DNA of 64,000 bases from Sphingobium sp. (GTDB taxonomy: Bacteria > Pseudomonadota > Alphaproteobacteria > Sphingomonadales > Sphingomonadaceae). How positions within the stretch are numbered: position 1 is the first letter of the stretch; every line of letters begins with the position of its first letter. Under the pieces are notes generated by a model that worked only from the letters and a program-made list of their open reading frames with translations, did no database searches and was not told where the DNA came from. A program made the position numbers and the translations under genes. The DNA lies in the NCBI GenBank assembly GCA_003248935.1, contig QFQF01000009.1, forward strand, positions 12,465-76,464, written 5' to 3'. Positions 60,244 through 64,000 of the stretch are shown here, in pieces.

Positions 60244-62006
60244 CCGCGCTCGACCGGCGCGGGGTGGCCGCGATCGCCGATGCCGTCAACGGCGGGACGA
60301 CGAGCGCGCTGGCGGTTGCGGAGGAAACGCTGGACCGGCTGGCGACCTATGACGCGGTACAGCCGCAGATATGGATCAGCCGGATCGCACCAGACGTCCT
60401 GCGCGCCGCCGCCAGAGCGGTGGACGCCCGGATCGCTGCGGGCGAGCGCCTGCCGCTCGCGGGCGTACCCTTCGCGGTGAAGGACAATATCGACGTCGCC
60501 GGCTTCGAGACGACGGCCGCTTGCCCGGCCTTCGCCTATGAGCCCGGAGAGTCGGCGGGCGTTATCGAGCGTCTTATGGCTGCGGGCGCGATCTGCGTCG
60601 GCAAGACCAATCTGGACCAGTTCGCAACGGGACTTGTCGGCACCCGCAGTCCCTATGGCATTCCGCGCAACGCCTACAACCTCGCTTATGTGAGCGGCGG
60701 CTCCAGCTCCGGCTCGTCCATCGCCGTGGCGGCCGGGCTCGTTGCGTTCGCACTCGGCACCGACACGGCGGGTTCCGGCCGTGTCCCCGCCGCCTTCAAC
60801 CACCTGATCGGTTTCAAGCCGAGCAAGGGCCGGTGGAGTACCCGCGGCCTCATTCCGGCGTGCCGATCGATCGACTGCATCACGGTATTCACTGACCAGC
60901 TGTCCGATGCGCATCTGGTCGATACCGTCGCGGCAGGATTCGATCCGGCCGACCCTTATTCCAAGCCGCTGGCAGATCGACCGATAGCTCCCCGCCGGAT
61001 CGGCGTACCGCGCCCGGACCAGCGCATATGGTTCGGCGACGGCCAGTCCGAATATCTGTACGACCGCGCGATCGAAACGCTGGCACAGAGCGCCGAGATC
61101 GTTGAGATCGACATCGCCCCCCTGCTGGAGGCCGCCCGCCTGCTCTATGGCGGCCCGTGGGTCGCCGAGCGCACCGCCGCGATCGCCAATCTGCTGGCCA
61201 CCCAGCCCGACGCCATCGATGAGACGGTCCGGCAGGTGGTGCAACCCGGCCTCGACATCAGCGCGGTCGAGCTATGGAACGGCATCTATCGCCTCGCCGC
61301 GCTGAAGCGTCATGCGGACCAGATGTGGGAGGGGGTCGACCTGCTCGCCTTCCCGACCACGGGCACGACCTATAGGGTCGCGGAACTGGCGGCGGCACCG
61401 ATCGCACTCAACAGCAATCTCGGCCTCTACACCAATTTCGTGAACCTGCTCGACATGGCCGCGCTGGCCGTGCCCGCCGGCACACGAGCGAACGGAACGG
61501 GCTTCGGCATTACCCTGATCGGCCCGGCCGACACCGACCATGGCCTGCTCGCCGTCGCGCAGACCTATCTCGCGGCGGCGGACCTGCCAGCACCGCCACC
61601 ACTCGACCTGGAGGGAAAGATGGAAAGCGTGAAACTCGCCGTTGTCGGCGCGCACCTGAAGGACATGCCGCTGCACTGGCAGCTGACATCACGCGACGCG
61701 ACGTTCGTGGGCGCCTTCGAGACCGCGCCGACCTATCGTCTCTACGCCATGGCGGACAGCGTTCCTCCCAAACCCGCGCTGATCCACAGCGAGGATGGCG
61801 CCCCGATCGCGGTCGAAGTCTATGAACTGGATGTCGCGGCCTTCGGCAGCTTCGTGGTCGAGGTTCCCGCTCCCCTTGCAATCGGCACGGTGACGCTGAG
61901 CGACGGCACCAGCGTCAAGGGCTTCGTGGCCGAGCCGCGCGCCATGACCGGCGCGGAGGACATCACCCATCTCGGCGGCTGGCGCGCGTTCATCGCACGC
62001 GGCTGA
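60240..62006 (+). CDS. atzF: Allophanate hydrolase
   Basis: VKDNIDVAG, GKTNLDQFATGLVG, GGSSSGS, GTDTAGSGRVPA, C-domain VVGAHL...GGWRAF. Confidence 0.93.
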   Translation: MTALDRRGVAAIADAVNGGTTSALAVAEETLDRLATYDAVQPQIWISRIAPDVLRAAARAVDARIAAGERLPLAGVPFAVKDNIDVAGFETTAACPAFAYEPGESAGVIERLMAAGAICVGKTNLDQFATGLVGTRSPYGIPRNAYNLAYVSGGSSSGSSIAVAAGLVAFALGTDTAGSGRVPAAFNHLIGFKPSKGRWSTRGLIPACRSIDCITVFTDQLSDAHLVDTVAAGFDPADPYSKPLADRPIAPRRIGVPRPDQRIWFGDGQSEYLYDRAIETLAQSAEIVEIDIAPLLEAARLLYGGPWVAERTAAIANLLATQPDAIDETVRQVVQPGLDISAVELWNGIYRLAALKRHADQMWEGVDLLAFPTTGTTYRVAELAAAPIALNSNLGLYTNFVNLLDMAALAVPAGTRANGTGFGITLIGPADTDHGLLAVAQTYLAAADLPAPPPLDLEGKMESVKLAVVGAHLKDMPLHWQLTSRDATFVGAFETAPTYRLYAMADSVPPKPALIHSEDGAPIAVEVYELDVAAFGSFVVEVPAPLAIGTVTLSDGTSVKGFVAEPRAMTGAEDITHLGGWRAFIARG

Positions 62007-62158
62007 ATGTGGCGGACTCCGCAAGCGCGTCCCATCATTTCGATGCCGGCATTCCCAGAATTGCCGAGAAATCGATGGCGACCCGCAGGCCGACCTTCAC
62101 CGGAAAATCCCGGTACCGGACAATGCTGGCGTCACGACAAGCGCATACCAATACGCAT

Positions 62159-62177
62159 ATTGCGATCCATTCGCATT
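62159..62177. promoter_or_regulatory. Alphaproteobacterial Fur-like box upstream of the ECF sigma gene
   Basis: ATTGCGATCCATTCGCATT; related copy ATTGAGGCTGGTTCGCATT at 63829-63847. Confidence 0.6.
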
Positions 62178-62214
62178 TGCGCTACCTCTCGGCGCTGCCC
62201 AGACCGAAGAGCAG

Positions 62215-62724
62215 ATGTCCAACAACGCCACAACCCTAACGCATCTGCTTCTCAGTGAGCGGCCATCGCTGATCCGCAGATTGCAGCACATGCTGGGCAG
62301 CGAGCCGGCGGCGGAGGACCTGACCCAGAGCCTGTGGTTTCGTGTGCAGAAGGTCGATGACGACCCGCCCATCGTCCATCCGCGGGCCTTCCTGTATCGC
62401 CTCGCAGCGAATCTCGCGATCGATCATCTCCGCAAGCGGCAGAGCGAGGCGAGGATATTCACCGGCGATGCGCCCGATCCCGAAATCGCCTGCGACCAGC
62501 CCTCACCCGAAAAGATGCTGCTCGACAGCGATGCACTGGACCGCCTGAAAACGGCGTTCTCGCAGCTTTCGCCGCGCTGCCGCCAAGTGTTGCAACTACG
62601 CCGCATCGAAGGCATGAGCGTGGCTGATATTGCCGCCAAACTGGGCATCAGCAGGCAGATGGTCTGGCGCTACATGAACGAGGCGATGGACCACATAAGC
62701 GATCAGATGACGAACATCGATTGA
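62215..62724 (+). CDS. ECF sigma factor (FecI-like)
   Basis: AEDLTQ, RAFLYRLAANLAIDHLR, region 4 HTH; followed by a FecR-family gene. Confidence 0.9.
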   Translation: MSNNATTLTHLLLSERPSLIRRLQHMLGSEPAAEDLTQSLWFRVQKVDDDPPIVHPRAFLYRLAANLAIDHLRKRQSEARIFTGDAPDPEIACDQPSPEKMLLDSDALDRLKTAFSQLSPRCRQVLQLRRIEGMSVADIAAKLGISRQMVWRYMNEAMDHISDQMTNID

Positions 62725-62817
62725 AGATCGCAGGTTACCATTTTCCGTTCCCGCTCGTCTTGAACAGGGAGAGGCGGGAACCGCGCATCGGTTCGTCTGG
62801 TATCGGAGCGACACGCC

Positions 62818-63777
62818 ATGGATGATCTGCCGAACGATCGCAAAGCGTTGGCGCGCCAAGCCAATCACTGGCTTACCCGGCGCGACGCCGGCCTGATGAC
62901 GGCCGAGGACGACGCGGCCATGCGCGCGTGGCTGGAGGACAGTCCGGCCCATGCGGAGGCCTATGGTCGCGCGGAGTCCATTTTCTATGCGATTGCCACC
63001 CTGCCCCCAGCCGGACGATTCCCTTCCCTACGCCATCGCCGAGGCACCGGCCGTGCATGGACGGGCGGCAGGCAGTTGCGCAGGATCTGTGCTGGCTCCA
63101 TCGCTGCGGGCCTTGCCGCCCTCGCCATCGTCGGCTTGGATCTGCCCGTGCAGATCCAAGCCGACGCCATCGCCCCGACCGGGGAAAGCCGCCGCGTTCC
63201 GCTGCCCGACGGATCGACCGCGCTGCTCGATAGCGCATCGGCCATCGCTATCGATTATGACAGTGAGCGCAGGATCAGGCTGTTGCGCGGACAGGCCGCC
63301 TTCACCGTCGCGGCCGATCGCGCGCATCCGTTCGTCGTCGAGGCGCGCGGCGGCACCACGACGGCGCTGGGTACGCGCTTCATCGTAAGCCGGATCGCGC
63401 CCGCCACACAGGTCACGGTGACAGAGCACAGCGTCCGCGTGCAATCGGGCTCGGGAAGCCGGATCGTGCGCGCCGGCGCCAGCGCGCGCTACGACGGTCG
63501 CGGCGTTTCGGGGCCGCTTCCCGTGCACCTGTCGGAAGCCGACGCGTGGACGCGCGGACGCATTCGCTTCGTCAACCGGCCGCTGCGGGATGTCGTGGCC
63601 GAACTGGGACGCTATCATCGCGGCTATATCGCCATGGTCGGCCAGGGGATCGGCGACCTGCGGGTGAACGGCGTGTTTTCAACCAGCGACCCCGTCGGTG
63701 CGCTCGACATCATCGAGCGCTCGCTTGGCCTGGGATCGTACCGGATCGGTAACCGGCTGATCCTGCTGCACAGCTGA
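62818..63777 (+). CDS. FecR-family anti-sigma / signal transducer
   Basis: AWLEDSPAHAEAY, LPDGS, GTRF, AWTRGRI, ELGRY motifs. Confidence 0.9.
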   Translation: MDDLPNDRKALARQANHWLTRRDAGLMTAEDDAAMRAWLEDSPAHAEAYGRAESIFYAIATLPPAGRFPSLRHRRGTGRAWTGGRQLRRICAGSIAAGLAALAIVGLDLPVQIQADAIAPTGESRRVPLPDGSTALLDSASAIAIDYDSERRIRLLRGQAAFTVAADRAHPFVVEARGGTTTALGTRFIVSRIAPATQVTVTEHSVRVQSGSGSRIVRAGASARYDGRGVSGPLPVHLSEADAWTRGRIRFVNRPLRDVVAELGRYHRGYIAMVGQGIGDLRVNGVFSTSDPVGALDIIERSLGLGSYRIGNRLILLHS

Positions 63778-63894
63778 AAACTTTTCCGGTCGAACAGGTT
63801 AACATTCCGGTTCCCCGCCCGTCTGCATATTGAGGCTGGTTCGCATTAGCAAACCGGCTCTTCCAAATATATCCGATATCGGGGGATTCCGTTT

Positions 63895-64000
63895 ATGATC
63901 GTTACCGTGCCTGCCATGGCGCTGCGCCGCCATGTGCATCCCTGCCTTTCCGCGATGCTGCTGGCTTCGGCCGGTGCCGGTGCGATGCTGCTCCCGGTCT
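63895..64000 (+). CDS. N-terminus of a probable TonB-dependent transducer (truncated by the window end)
   Basis: GGGGGA RBS, signal-peptide-like start; position after fecI-fecR-like genes (inference). Confidence 0.5.
   Translation, partial: MIVTVPAMALRRHVHPCLSAMLLASAGAGAMLLPV

Noticed and set aside
19558..62006. A single pathway joining the amine island and the guanidine regulon (e.g. agmatine use)
   Set aside because: They carry different operators and regulators and are separated by unrelated genes; the sequence gives no support beyond proximity
1..64000. CRISPR arrays, tRNAs, IS elements, integrases, prophage genes
   Set aside because: None recognised by eye or in the ORF track; dedicated scans were not run

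Overview
High-GC alphaproteobacterial DNA; gene content (many TonB receptors, TPR-sulfotransferases, phaC/phasin/clpS synteny) suggests Sphingomonadaceae (inference). Layout: (1) 1-11.5 kb core genes: GNAT, cysQ-cysNC-cysD, winged-helix regulator, clpS, phasin, phaC, aminotransferase. (2) 11.5-36.4 kb amine-oxidation island: frameshifted amidase, cytochromes c, TPR-sulfotransferase, TonB receptor, a full quinohemoprotein amine dehydrogenase cluster (qhpADCBGFE) directly downstream of a mauBEDA cluster with no mauG in the window, MFS, TetR and a Tat-exported Mo-oxidoreductase; three of its promoters share one architecture. (3) 36.4-44.7 kb miscellaneous hydrolase, sugar and sulfur genes. (4) 44.8-62 kb, the best candidate for an undescribed system: a guanidine/urea carboxylase operon with no recognisable riboswitch, containing a NikR-like regulator that has lost 3 of 4 nickel ligands. 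A TATTAC-N14-GTAATA-type operator occurs three times and links it to a catalytic plus pseudo-catalytic metallo-beta-lactamase pair, a beta-propeller, a desaturase-family enzyme and a TonB receptor. (5) 62-64 kb Fur-boxed FecI/FecR/TonB-receptor module, truncated by the window end. No rRNA, tRNA, CRISPR array or transposase was recognised. All calls come from motif recognition by eye; no database search was run.
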